64,000 nucleotides of DNA, taken from assembly GCA_000004985.1 (NCBI GenBank), contig GG738860.1. One strand, 5' to 3'. The notes beneath the pieces are model-generated. The model was not told the origin of the DNA and searched no databases. It saw only the letters and a program-made list of their open reading frames with translations. Positions 1 to 10,427 of this stretch are shown here, in pieces. The position numbers and the translations under genes were made by a program. This DNA is from Naegleria gruberi. Lineage: Eukaryota. The stretch's first letter is position 1, and every line of letters starts with the position of its first letter.

Positions 1-2121
1 TTGATTTTTCAGTCGTTGTTGAATCAAATCTTCCTTGTAGCTCTTAACTTTCTTCAACTTGTTTTTATCTAATTCACTTCTTTCTTCAAAGAAGGTTTTA
101 AGTACTTCAGTCTTGGCTGGTCCTTTTGCTCTCTGATCGTATAATTTACCAATCTGATCAAAGACAAGCTCAATATCTTCCATTGACTTGTTCTCAATAT
201 CATTTTCAAGAGATTCAACTGCTTGTTTGTGAAGAGAGGAGATTATCTCATGACATTGCTTTCTAGATACTTCACGATTCTTCAAAAAGAAAGAGTGAAT
301 TAAACCTCCAGTGATATTGCCAGACTTATCTGTGGTCATGAATGAATTTGCCAATTTTTCAAACTCCTTCTTGATAACATCTTCATCGGTAAAGACAACA
401 TTTTGGGAAAATCTTTTTCCCAATGTTGCAATAATGTTTCCATGAATTTCCAATAGTTCAGTATGCTCAATAGGCAAAGGGCATTCAACGATCTTTTCAT
501 TCATCATGGTAGTGTACAATTCAGGGAGTAGTTGCTCTTCCTTTCTGAGTGATGTTTCAGAAATGAGAGAAATTGGATCAGAGAATGAAGGAACCATTCC
601 AGGAGTATTCAACTTGAAAATATAATTGAACAATACTACTGGCAAATGATCTATTGTCATTTGAGCCTTTGATCCATGTTTGTTGTGGAAATATTTTGGT
701 GGTGCATTTTGAACAATTTCATAAACGACCTGTTCCACCTTTTGCAAGAACTCTGGGTTCAGATAATGCCAATAATCTGCAATGGAGGTAAGAATTTGGG
801 TACTGACATGTGGAGGTGGAATAGTATCATATCTCCTGTTTTGGAAATACATGACGATATCCCTAACAATATTATCCAATTGGTCATCTCCACGTTTAAG
901 AATTTCTCTTTCCATGTAGCTGTCAAGAGTCTGGCCATATGGAAGTTGTAAAAACACGTCCCTCATTATCCAGTGGAAAAATGGTGAATAGGAGCCTTTC
1001 TCCAAACTAAGGGTTTCAGCAATTTTGGATACAAATGACAAATGGTGCAAGTCAGATCTTTTTGGTGAGCTTTGTGAGTTGTAAACAAAGTAAGATGAAA
1101 TCAAAACTGAAAGAATTAAGAGCAAGTAATCATTATCATTTGAAGCGTCAGTTGAGTTCATGCCTTCACAGTCCAAAACGAGCAACAAAGTCTCTTTTCC
1201 TTCAACAAGAGAGCAAGACATCCAGATTCCTTTGGTTTTAGCAATCACTTCATTACCCAATTCAAATGCAGTAAAAGTTCTGTCATTAATCAATCGACAT
1301 GACAAGAGACTTTTACCTAATCTCATAGGTCCTGATACAGTTACGATACCAATAGGAATTTTGCCAAAATTCTTGACCATTGTTCTTATAGCCTGAACTG
1401 ATTCTCTGACGAGATACAATCTATCAGGAGCTCTACAATTGGAATCAACGAGACCAGTTTGAGGATTGACATATCCTTCACTTCCATTCAATTTCACCAT
1501 TTGACTTGTTTGTGGATCAAAGTAGTGATCTGTAAATTGAACAAGAGGAATACTTTTCATGCCCTCTAGGGGAAAACTTTCGCCTTCATCAAAAAACTCC
1601 TCGTCCTTAACATATTCAGGGATTGATTCAATACTAATTGGTCTAGTATCACCTCTCGTAGTGGCTCTTTTAGTTACTGTTTGAGGAAATGATCTTGGAA
1701 TACTTGGTGAAGGTCGTATATGGGCTCTCCTTTCAAATTGGTCAGAGTGCTGAGAATTGTTACCAACAAAACCTGGAGAAAATTGATACATTGGCTGTGG
1801 ATTATTTTGAAATGGATTCACATTGAAGTATTGGTAAGGAGGAAGATGATTACCAAATGAAACAGGAGTGCTAGCTCCATCAAATGTTGATTCTGGTAAA
1901 TAAGCTTGTCCAGTAACTTCATGTTGTTGAGGATTTCCAAACGCCATGGGATAGAATCCATTGTTTACATTATTGTTCATTTGTGGTTGAGGAATAATAT
2001 AACGTGGAAATGGCATTTGAGAATTGTAATAGGACGGAACACCAACCGAGAAATCACTCATTTGAGAGTTTGGAGTGGTCGTTCTTGGACAATAGTTTGA
2101 ATCTCCCTTATTGCTTTGCAT
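1..2121 (-). CDS. GBP/atlastin-like large GTPase (dynamin superfamily). The C-terminus runs off the window start. The N-terminal ~140 aa are Q/N/P/Y-rich low complexity.
   Basis: Hand translation of the minus strand from ATG at 2119-2121 (MQSNKGDSNY...). It is open to position 1, so it is not in the ORF track. GBP-type P-loop with internal Arg: VSGPMRLGKSLL. Also GIWMSCS and LVLDCEGMNS motifs, as in guanylate-binding proteins and atlastins. Confidence 0.6.
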   Translation of the reverse strand, partial: MQSNKGDSNYCPRTTTPNSQMSDFSVGVPSYYNSQMPFPRYIIPQPQMNNNVNNGFYPMAFGNPQQHEVTGQAYLPESTFDGASTPVSFGNHLPPYQYFNVNPFQNNPQPMYQFSPGFVGNNSQHSDQFERRAHIRPSPSIPRSFPQTVTKRATTRGDTRPISIESIPEYVKDEEFFDEGESFPLEGMKSIPLVQFTDHYFDPQTSQMVKLNGSEGYVNPQTGLVDSNCRAPDRLYLVRESVQAIRTMVKNFGKIPIGIVTVSGPMRLGKSLLSCRLINDRTFTAFELGNEVIAKTKGIWMSCSLVEGKETLLLVLDCEGMNSTDASNDNDYLLLILSVLISSYFVYNSQSSPKRSDLHHLSFVSKIAETLSLEKGSYSPFFHWIMRDVFLQLPYGQTLDSYMEREILKRGDDQLDNIVRDIVMYFQNRRYDTIPPPHVSTQILTSIADYWHYLNPEFLQKVEQVVYEIVQNAPPKYFHNKHGSKAQMTIDHLPVVLFNYIFKLNTPGMVPSFSDPISLISETSLRKEEQLLPELYTTMMNEKIVECPLPIEHTELLEIHGNIIATLGKRFSQNVVFTDEDVIKKEFEKLANSFMTTDKSGNITGGLIHSFFLKNREVSRKQCHEIISSLHKQAVESLENDIENKSMEDIELVFDQIGKLYDQRAKGPAKTEVLKTFFEERSELDKNKLKKVKSYKEDLIQQRLKNQ

Positions 2122-2323
2122 TGTTTTTTTTGTTTTACTTGCAGAAATGATCATATCAGACAAAACGTGTGAGTGTATTATGCTTCATCTCATTACACGT
2201 TTCGATTTCAGGTTTGTAATAATAGAGTAAACGTGATCCATCACGTTTGGTATTAAAGTGGTTTCAATTTTAAAGTAATTAAAGCCAGCTCTAGCTTTAC
2301 TATAATGCAATAATTAAAAAACA
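2122..2323. promoter_or_regulatory. Shared 202-bp intergenic region between two divergently transcribed GBP-like GTPase genes. Putative bidirectional promoter.
   Basis: Head-to-head ATGs at 2121 (minus) and 2324 (plus). The interval is very AT-rich. No specific motif was verified. Confidence 0.3.
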
Positions 2324-4759
2324 ATGCAATCTGCTAAACCTCTCATATTATTCAAAAGCTCTGTTAATGGAGAATTAAATTCATCTGATTGTGGTGAACC
2401 TTTTCTGGTTCAAGAAACAGTCAATGAATTACTACAATTGACCGATTTACTCAACAAACCAGTCAAGGTAATTGGAGTATGTGGTCCAAAGAGGGCTGCT
2501 AAAACTTCTCTTGCCAATTATCTTGCTCAATCTGTATCATTTGAAGTTGGACATTCAATTGAGTCCAAAACAAAGGGTATTTGGTTGTTTGTAGTTGATA
2601 AACAAGATCATTCCTTAATCATTTTGGATTCTGAGGGTTTTGATGAAGCCTCAACTGCCCAAGATCAACTCTTGTTCATTATCCTGTACTTTTTGTGTTC
2701 CCTCCTTGTTTTCAATACCAGTCATGTGCCAACAAGACAAAATGTTCAAGATTTACAATTTCTAGCCGAATTTAAATCCAAGCTACTTGTATCTGAAGCT
2801 TCAACCCATAACAAATCTGTTCATCCAACCTTCTTGAATTCATTTGGTCCAAACTTTTTATGGTTGATTAGGGATAAATTCTTGAATATTCCCAACGAAT
2901 TTCAAGACATGGAAGATTTCATGTTGAGAGTAGTCCTGGCAAAATCAAATGATGGAAAGGATCATTTGAGAGAAAACATTCTCACCATCTTCAATAGAGT
3001 CTTCTTTGATTTTTTACCTGTACCTGGAGAGCCATCATTCCAGTCAAAATTGGAACATGTTACAATGAATGTTATTTTGGCTAATGTTCCATTAAAAAAA
3101 TTGGTCAATCCTGAAGATATTGGCGATAGAGAAAGTGTTACTTTGGAAACATTCCTTAAATTGGTTGAACTTGTTATTCATCAAATGACTCGAACTCTTA
3201 ACAAGATTCCAGTAATTGACAATATTTTTCATACCATCACCTCCAATAAGGAAATTTACAATTTAAAACGTGCCGTTCAAGTATACGTTGATCACATGAG
3301 CAGGGAACTTGATGATATTGACCCAGTTGACTATGACATATTCACTGAAATAGATAAGCAAGCTGTTGCTAAGGCAACCAAAACCTATTTTGAAGGAATT
3401 CCATCTTCAACTGCAGATTCGAATAGATTACTTTCTGATCTCATGCAAAAGAAGAAGAGTTTCATTGACGACCAAAATGAAAAATCCAAAACATATTGTA
3501 CCTCTCTCATCAAACAATTGTACTCGAAAATGGTTGCTCCCCAAGTAAAACAGTTAATGAATGTCAGAGGTGATATTTCCATGTTGCTTGACACTATTGA
3601 TAAATTCAAGAAGGAATACCATTCGAAAGCTAAAGGAAACATGGCAGTCTCTGTTTTGAATGGCTATTATAATCATCATATTACTAAGGATTTGAATAAT
3701 TTGAGTTCAATAAGAGAGTATGAAGAGAATGTGAAGAATATTAAGGAAGAATTTTCTCACAACTTGGTTCAGTTGAAGGAAGCTGAAAAATCTCTTGTCA
3801 CATTTGAGAACAATATTTCTCAAAATACAAACTATCAACAAATGCTAGAAATGCAAACAAAACTGCAATCTGAACTCTTTAAAGAAGTGATGATTGCTCA
3901 GAGGGAATCACAAGCTAATACTCTAGTCTCCATTGATATGCTCTCAAAGAGTATGCATGACTCTCAGAGACAAGCTCTTAGCATGTATTCTGCAATGCAA
4001 CAATCTCAGCAACAAGCACAAACTCAACAATTAGCTCTCGTTCTAGAGCATAATAGAATTGCAAGTGAGCAACTTAATCAAGCAATGGAAAAAACTACTC
4101 AAGCAGTAATTCAGTATAATGCCAATAGAGAAGATGATTCTTTTTTGGGAAAGGTTGGAAAGATTGGTTTAATAGTTGGTTTAGGTGCTTTGGCACCTGC
4201 ATTGGGTGCCATTCCACATGTTGGATCTGTCCTCTCTGCAACAGCTACAGGAATGAGTGCAGTTATGGGAAAGCAATTGCTCGGACAAGAATATGACCCA
4301 AGACTAATTCAAACCAATACTACTCCTACTCCTCCAAAGGTTAGTCATAGTCCATCAGTCAATCGAGACTCCTTATTATCTCAATTCACAACCAATGCTC
4401 TCTCACAACAAGTGCATCCACAAAATCAACAAGTAACCAACAGCCATCAACCAAGAGCTGTTGTTAGCCAGCTGCCAAGAAAGAATCCTATTGTGCAACC
4501 TCAAAAATCTTCAATCACAGAGTCCACAAAATATGAATTGGGTGGAGAGTTTAAACAAGTTGGCCTCAATGGATCTTATTCCAATACTGTTACAAAAGAT
4601 ATGTTTCCTTATGGCTGTCAATGGGGATGTGGACGTGAAAATGTTTGTTCAAAGCCAGGCCATTCATGTGGAAGACCATCATGCAATGAGGAAAGAAATA
4701 AGAAATCCTATTTCAAAGGCACACTTGGTGTAATGTCAACAACAAGAAACAAGTTGTGA
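2324..4759 (+). CDS. GBP/atlastin-like large GTPase with a C-terminal hydrophobic (TM-like) segment and a Cys-rich tail. The P-loop is non-canonical.
   Basis: 811-aa ORF with a real ATG. P-loop VCGPKRAAKTS, with Ala where the Gly of GxxxxGK[ST] is expected. GIWLFVV and ILDSEGFD motifs match GBP G2/G3 spacing. Hydrophobic block LGKVGKIGLIVGLGALAPALGAIPHVGSVLSATATGMSAVMG. C-terminus CQWGCGRENVCSKPGHSCGRPSC. Confidence 0.65.
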   Translation: MQSAKPLILFKSSVNGELNSSDCGEPFLVQETVNELLQLTDLLNKPVKVIGVCGPKRAAKTSLANYLAQSVSFEVGHSIESKTKGIWLFVVDKQDHSLIILDSEGFDEASTAQDQLLFIILYFLCSLLVFNTSHVPTRQNVQDLQFLAEFKSKLLVSEASTHNKSVHPTFLNSFGPNFLWLIRDKFLNIPNEFQDMEDFMLRVVLAKSNDGKDHLRENILTIFNRVFFDFLPVPGEPSFQSKLEHVTMNVILANVPLKKLVNPEDIGDRESVTLETFLKLVELVIHQMTRTLNKIPVIDNIFHTITSNKEIYNLKRAVQVYVDHMSRELDDIDPVDYDIFTEIDKQAVAKATKTYFEGIPSSTADSNRLLSDLMQKKKSFIDDQNEKSKTYCTSLIKQLYSKMVAPQVKQLMNVRGDISMLLDTIDKFKKEYHSKAKGNMAVSVLNGYYNHHITKDLNNLSSIREYEENVKNIKEEFSHNLVQLKEAEKSLVTFENNISQNTNYQQMLEMQTKLQSELFKEVMIAQRESQANTLVSIDMLSKSMHDSQRQALSMYSAMQQSQQQAQTQQLALVLEHNRIASEQLNQAMEKTTQAVIQYNANREDDSFLGKVGKIGLIVGLGALAPALGAIPHVGSVLSATATGMSAVMGKQLLGQEYDPRLIQTNTTPTPPKVSHSPSVNRDSLLSQFTTNALSQQVHPQNQQVTNSHQPRAVVSQLPRKNPIVQPQKSSITESTKYELGGEFKQVGLNGSYSNTVTKDMFPYGCQWGCGRENVCSKPGHSCGRPSCNEERNKKSYFKGTLGVMSTTRNKL

Positions 4760-4828
4760 ACAGATAGTAGCTCTATGGTTGTTAGTAAAATTGGTAATAA
4801 ATAACTTATTTGTTTATTATTCACATTA

Positions 4829-4848
4829 TTAGGGTTAGGGATTTAGGG
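4829..4848. repeat. Short telomere-like motif TTAGGGTTAGGGATTTAGGG in the 3' flank of the GBP-like gene.
   Basis: Direct read: ttagggttagggatttaggg. Only about 3 units, interstitial. Confidence 0.3.
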
Positions 4849-4923
4849 TGTTATTGTCATTAGAAAACACAATGTTGCTCGATAGAGTGTTGTTACAATT
4901 GACTATTTACATGTTATGAAACT

Positions 4924-6006
4924 CTAGATATTGTCACAAGAAAAGTACAAGTTGAATTCCTTCAACTCTTCCACTAACATTTCGTATTGTTCCTTGCAAT
5001 CTGAATGTGAAAGTACAGTCATACCAGTAATATCCTTCAGCTCAATTTCAGGTTCATTGATTGGCGTGTCTGGATTAAATAATTGAAATATTGTCAAATT
5101 TTGTGGTTTTTGTCTAAAGAATGGCATATTAATAAGATCATTAGAGGGGAGAGAGAATCTTCTTGGTCTCTCTTCATAAACTTGATCCACAACACAATCA
5201 TCATCCAAATTCATTTGGTCAGAACAGTTGGGACTTGTTAAGCCACTACCTCCACTGCTATGATTACTATTTGGTGAAGCATTACTGGCAACAGAAGGAG
5301 TATTACTGCTACCACCTATCATGTGTTTTTTCATGTGTGCAAGAGGAGGAGGAGAACTAATTGCTCTATCTCTTGAACCACTGCTACCATTGAACGAAAA
5401 TGGACTCAAATTACTAGTACCAAAGGCATGGGAGGATGGTGATGGAGCTGTTATGGCCAATGAACGTTGTGTGGTAATGACGATTGGTGGAGAGGATTGT
5501 GTCGATGATTCATGGTGGACATTATTCAGACAAGAGGTGGTATTGTTATTATTATGATGATTACTTTGGCAAGTCGACACTGATGAAGATTGGTATTGTT
5601 GTTTTGGATGTATCGTCGACGATGGAGAGTCATGAATCATGGTTGTACTGGTGGAGAGTTGCTGCTGATGACAATCGCCACCATTATTCAAGTCTAATTG
5701 CTGTGAGGGTGAACCAACATACTCATTAGAAAGTTGATGAAACCCCTGATGATGATGTCCAATGTTCAAACTATGACCCGTCGTCGTTAATGATGATGAT
5801 GAACATATCATTGTTGGTGATGAGAAGTATGGTGAGATGCAATTTGTTGTTCTTCTTGTTGTTGTTGGTTCATTTTTAAAAACTTGTGAGGGAGAACTTT
5901 TATGTATTGATGAAAATGTCGAGTGTTCTCGTTTTGTGTTTTTGACTTGTAAAGGGCAGAATCTGTGTTGTCCTCTCTTCTCTGGTGTGTTGATGATGAT
6001 TCTCAA
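4924..6006 (-). CDS. Hypothetical Ser/Thr/Asn/His-rich low-complexity protein. The N-terminus is uncertain because the track start is TTG.
   Basis: 360-aa ORF. No recognisable domain. The first in-frame ATG is at about residue 67 (…PTMICSSSS). Confidence 0.35.
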   Translation of the reverse strand: MRIIINTPEKRGQHRFCPLQVKNTKREHSTFSSIHKSSPSQVFKNEPTTTRRTTNCISPYFSSPTMICSSSSLTTTGHSLNIGHHHQGFHQLSNEYVGSPSQQLDLNNGGDCHQQQLSTSTTMIHDSPSSTIHPKQQYQSSSVSTCQSNHHNNNNTTSCLNNVHHESSTQSSPPIVITTQRSLAITAPSPSSHAFGTSNLSPFSFNGSSGSRDRAISSPPPLAHMKKHMIGGSSNTPSVASNASPNSNHSSGGSGLTSPNCSDQMNLDDDCVVDQVYEERPRRFSLPSNDLINMPFFRQKPQNLTIFQLFNPDTPINEPEIELKDITGMTVLSHSDCKEQYEMLVEELKEFNLYFSCDNI

Positions 6007-6626
6007 GGTAATAATGGAATCTTTTTTCTAATGTGGTGCCAAGATAGCAACAAGTACTTGGTGTGTCAAATAGAGATGAAGATTTAATGCTGACAATTCA
6101 GAGAATAAGCGAGCAGTTGATTTGTTTTTTTTAAATGATATTTATGTCCAATTTGGTTTTCATGGGGGTTGTTGGTGATGTTGTGAGATGTTGGTGGTGG
6201 CATCTTTGCTTCTAGCTATGAAATTTAAAGATGGATGTTGAATCGAGAGAACACTTGAGAAAATGGTATTGATTCGGTTAACGGTCGACATTATCTCTAT
6301 TACAGTGTGGTGTTATGAGTTTTCAACTCTTGGCGCCAATATTTTAAAATGCATGTTCGATTCAGCAATACTTAGTTTCCTGAATTAGAATATCTCTATT
6401 TTTCTTCATCAATTCGCGACACTACAGTGACTAACAATGAAGTTAAATCTCTTCAAACAGTAGTTCTAGACCGCCAAATGATTTCCAAACCTTATTATTA
6501 CTTGTTTAAAAAAGAAGATTTGAATTGCTCAATAAATATTCGAAACTCCAATTCACTGAATGCTTCAATCCAATGAAGCACCTTACCTATTAATCTCTTC
6601 CTTAATAAAGTCCTGATTCTTTGCAC

Positions 6627-8000
6627 ATGAGCTGTTCTGCACCTCTAACCAACAGTCATCAAAAAAAAATGGTCCAACAACCCCATCACACCACCCCTTC
6701 TACCTTACCTCTTCATCCACCATCGCCCGCTCACATTGGTGCTAATATTTTCCACCCGAAAAGTTTGGAGGAGTATCATACTGTGCTCTTCAAATCAATA
6801 TCTAGTGTTGTAATGATAAAATCAGAGTGGTGTCCAGTCTCTAAGAAGCATGAATCACTTTTATTTCAATTATCGAAATCGAGACCTGATTTGAATTTTA
6901 TATTTGCTGATATGGAGAAGATACCACAGATTAAGGGAGAGCTGAATGTAAAAACTCTTCCGACTGTATTTATATTGTTGAATGAAACTGTGCATTCGAG
7001 AATTGATGGTGCAAGTGAGCATGTAGAGGTGCATATCAAGGAAATGGAAAAGGAGAAGCATTTGAGGGAATTGATTTATAACAACTTGAGGACTGTTGTA
7101 TATTTTCATAGTAGATCGGGATGTAGTTCTGTAGAGTCGAAGTATGATGACTATTCTAAAAAGTATGGAAACACCATAAGGTTTGAAAAATTAATTTATG
7201 AAGAGTGTCCTCGATTACATAGAAGTTTTGTGAGGGCAACACAGGTTCCTTGTTTTTGCTTTTTTAAGGGAGGAAAGTTAAAGAAGAGATTGGAAGGTCA
7301 TAATTGTAACAATCAACTCGAGGGAGCTATTCATGATCTTACCTCAGACAATCTTGATTATGATGCTCTTGATTTACTACCATCATTTGACAATTTTATA
7401 ACAATCGTTGACTCTGGAGATAAGCTTCAAAAGGTTCTTGATGAAAATGACATTGTAGTAGGTATGTTTCAAATAATATTAGCGATTTATATTAATTGGA
7501 TTGAATAATTGAACTTAGTTGGAGTTTTCTTACAACAACAGCTGAACGAAAAAACACCAGCATTTGGACAATTTGCGAGCTCAGTATCTCCTCAAGCAAA
7601 ATGTGTTTGTATAAATGTTAATCAATTCCCTTCTTTAAGAACACAGGAGGGAATAGATACAGTCCCAACATTTATGTTCTTCCTTAATGGACACTTATTC
7701 AAGAAAGCCAGAGGAAATAGGTATGAATTGGATAGGGAACTTAAGGAAATGATTGCACAACAATCTAAAGATGAATTCAAGAGAGTTGAAAAATCTCATT
7801 ATTTTCACTTTTCTCGAGATATCACCTCTCCAACTCCACAAACAAAGAAGGTTGTGGCTACAACCTCTTCCTGTCCACTGAAAGTTGGCACAAGATCGGC
7901 CAACTCCACTCCACAACCAGCACATCATTCTAAGGACTCTCAACAACACTCTAAATCTTCCCTAGGCGTCAGAACTTCAACAACAAGTATTAAAAAATAG
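6627..8000 (+). CDS. Thioredoxin-fold protein with three tandem Trx-like domains whose active sites are degenerate. Two exons: 6627..7457 and 7542..8000.
   Basis: Track ORFs 6621..7508 and 7509..8000 are in the same frame and separated by a single TAA. An AT-rich 84-nt intron (5' ss GTAGGT at 7458, 3' ss AG at 7540-7541) joins them in phase 0. Motifs: SEWCPVSKK (WCxxS), FIFADMEKIPQIKGELNVKTLPTVFIL, SGCSS, TVPTFMFFLNGH. Confidence 0.55.
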
Positions 8001-8034
8001 ACTAAAAACTGTAATATTTCAGAATAAAACTTAT

Positions 8035-10242
8035 TTATTTTCCAATAACGGAAAGAACCTTCTTGGTATCTTCTTGGTAGTCCAACACATCCACAAGAAT
8101 GTGCTTCAAGTATCTTACATCTGCATTCCATTGTTGAATTTGGTGTTTCTCTCCATTTTTTGGTGGTGAGACAGCTTCAGAAAGTAATATAAGAGTCTCC
8201 TTACAAATATTTTCAATCCAGAGCGAAACATGATCATCATTCTTTAAAATTTCCAATTGTTCTGGTAACTTGATGAGATATTCACCAACTTGTGAAATGT
8301 ATTTGGAAGGGTGTATGGAATGTTCCAAATCTGGAAGATGGATATCATCTACATATTCCACATTTCCAATAGAGTTTTGAAGTGACAGGTAATAATTTGT
8401 TGAGGTGTACTTTGTCGAAACACTGCTGAGTATAGTGGAAATATATGATACAAGTGTGGTCTTGACTAATTCTTGGGAGGGTTGGAGGATATTCAAATCT
8501 ACTGACTTTGAAGCCATGGAAAATATTGGGAATTGAGTTTCTTGTAAACTATTGTAGAAATGAGACAATTGCTTGAAGGTTTGCTCTGTCTGAATTTTTA
8601 CATAATACTCAGCCATATTCTTTGCAAGAACTTCTTTGAGTACTTCCAAGAGTTTTGTTTTGATTTTTTCTTCCAATTCTTCAAGCTTTTTCTTTACACC
8701 CTGATCCTTATCATTGACCAATTCAAATAATTTGAGAGCATTCTGTATGAGTTCTCTATCCTTCACAGAGAATGAAGCCATTTCTGATAATGTTGGTACC
8801 TTTCTATTCTTGAGACTCTTATTAATTTCATTACTGACAGTCTTTTTGATGGATTGACCAAAATCATCGAAAACTTGGTTGATAACCTTGATAAAGCTTT
8901 GTGATTCAATACCATAGGTAAAGGTTATACATCTCTCGAGGGCATTTTCACATTCTGTGAAAAGGAAATTCAAAGCTTCATCAATACACTCTACAAAATT
9001 ATCACTCATCGACAAGTGAGGTCTAACTTGCTTCAAGAGGTAGTCCTTCTCCTGGGTGGAAAGATATTTGGCTTGAAGAGTTGCATAAGGTTCGAATAAT
9101 AATTTTTGAATGGTTTCTGATTTGGAGAGGTCATCCAATTGTTTGAAAAAGGTCTTTGTTGATCTATATTGATTCATGACCAATTGTTGGAGATCTTCAG
9201 TTTGAAGCAGTGAACAATTCTTATGTTTGAAGCAAAATTCTACCAATTTTACCTTTACATTTGTTCTAATTTCATCAGGTGATGAAAAACTTTGGAATAA
9301 CTTCCTATAAATTAAATCTTCTTGTTTGAGTATGTACAAAATTTGATTGAAGAATTGTTGCTGCTTCTTTTGTTGTTCAATAATTTCCTTATAATTCTTC
9401 TCATAATATAGTTCGAATATAGTATTGACACCATTACTGGAATCAATTCTTTGAACCAGTTCAATTAATTCTCTACAAGCTTCTATATTTTTCTTTTCTG
9501 GGCTTTCCATCATTTCACTAATAAACTTTCCACCAATCAATGTTTTAATTAATTTTTCCTTATATTGCAAAAGTTTAGGTTTTGATTTAGTCTTGACTTT
9601 TTCACTGTAAGGTTCCAAAGTTTTAACACCTTCCTCTACACAACAAATTTGATTTGTCATTTCTCTAAGTGTTTCCATTGAAATTTCCACTTGTGGTTCA
9701 TTAAATCCACCACTATTATTCATATTTGGACTCGTAACAGGTGATTTTGCAAGACTTGGTGATGATTGTACACCTGTTGTTGTTCCGATAAGATTGTTCA
9801 CCTTGTCTCTAAATAATAAATCTAATTGTTGCATTGATTTTGTCAATGATTTTGATTGTTCCAAAGTAACTAGAATAGAACTGATGGCCATTTTGAATTG
9901 TACTAATTGTTTTAAAGTATCAAAATGTTTGTTTCCTTCATAACATTCCGAATTAATTTTCTCAACCTTTTTATATAGGTTTGTGATGGCAATAAATAAA
10001 TTAATTGATTGTTCCTGCATCCTTTCAATTTCAAATAGAGCGTTAGGAATCTTTTGCATTGATATTTTAACTTCTTGTTCCATATGTTGTCCCAAATCAG
10101 AAAACAAAACCTGAACCTTTTGTATAATTTGATAAACACTAACAGTAATATCAGTCTGGGGAGAACTCGTCTCCGATGATATCACTTCATTAATCCAAGT
10201 CTTCGGATCAAAATCGTCGGCTTGAAACTTTGATGGATCCAT
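8035..10242 (-). CDS. COG7: Conserved oligomeric Golgi complex subunit 7 (COG7).
   Basis: The N-terminus MDPSKFQADDFDPKTWINEV matches the COG7 N-terminal signature MDFSKFLADDFDVKEWIN. Length is about 735 aa. The track start at 10353 is a TTG; the real ATG is at 10240-10242. Confidence 0.7.
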   Translation of the reverse strand: MDPSKFQADDFDPKTWINEVISSETSSPQTDITVSVYQIIQKVQVLFSDLGQHMEQEVKISMQKIPNALFEIERMQEQSINLFIAITNLYKKVEKINSECYEGNKHFDTLKQLVQFKMAISSILVTLEQSKSLTKSMQQLDLLFRDKVNNLIGTTTGVQSSPSLAKSPVTSPNMNNSGGFNEPQVEISMETLREMTNQICCVEEGVKTLEPYSEKVKTKSKPKLLQYKEKLIKTLIGGKFISEMMESPEKKNIEACRELIELVQRIDSSNGVNTIFELYYEKNYKEIIEQQKKQQQFFNQILYILKQEDLIYRKLFQSFSSPDEIRTNVKVKLVEFCFKHKNCSLLQTEDLQQLVMNQYRSTKTFFKQLDDLSKSETIQKLLFEPYATLQAKYLSTQEKDYLLKQVRPHLSMSDNFVECIDEALNFLFTECENALERCITFTYGIESQSFIKVINQVFDDFGQSIKKTVSNEINKSLKNRKVPTLSEMASFSVKDRELIQNALKLFELVNDKDQGVKKKLEELEEKIKTKLLEVLKEVLAKNMAEYYVKIQTEQTFKQLSHFYNSLQETQFPIFSMASKSVDLNILQPSQELVKTTLVSYISTILSSVSTKYTSTNYYLSLQNSIGNVEYVDDIHLPDLEHSIHPSKYISQVGEYLIKLPEQLEILKNDDHVSLWIENICKETLILLSEAVSPPKNGEKHQIQQWNADVRYLKHILVDVLDYQEDTKKVLSVIGK

Positions 10243-10427
10243 TTTTAATTTTTTTTGAATGTTAATAAATTTATTATTGTGATCAAACCAATCAAAAGAT
10301 GTGTGAAAGATCACGACTGATTCAGATGTTAGTTGTGTGAAAAAAGTAAGCAAGTTAACTTCTTAAATCAATATTTTCAACAAGAAATGAGTAATTGTGA
10401 GATGAAATCAAGATTTGAGAAAACAAT

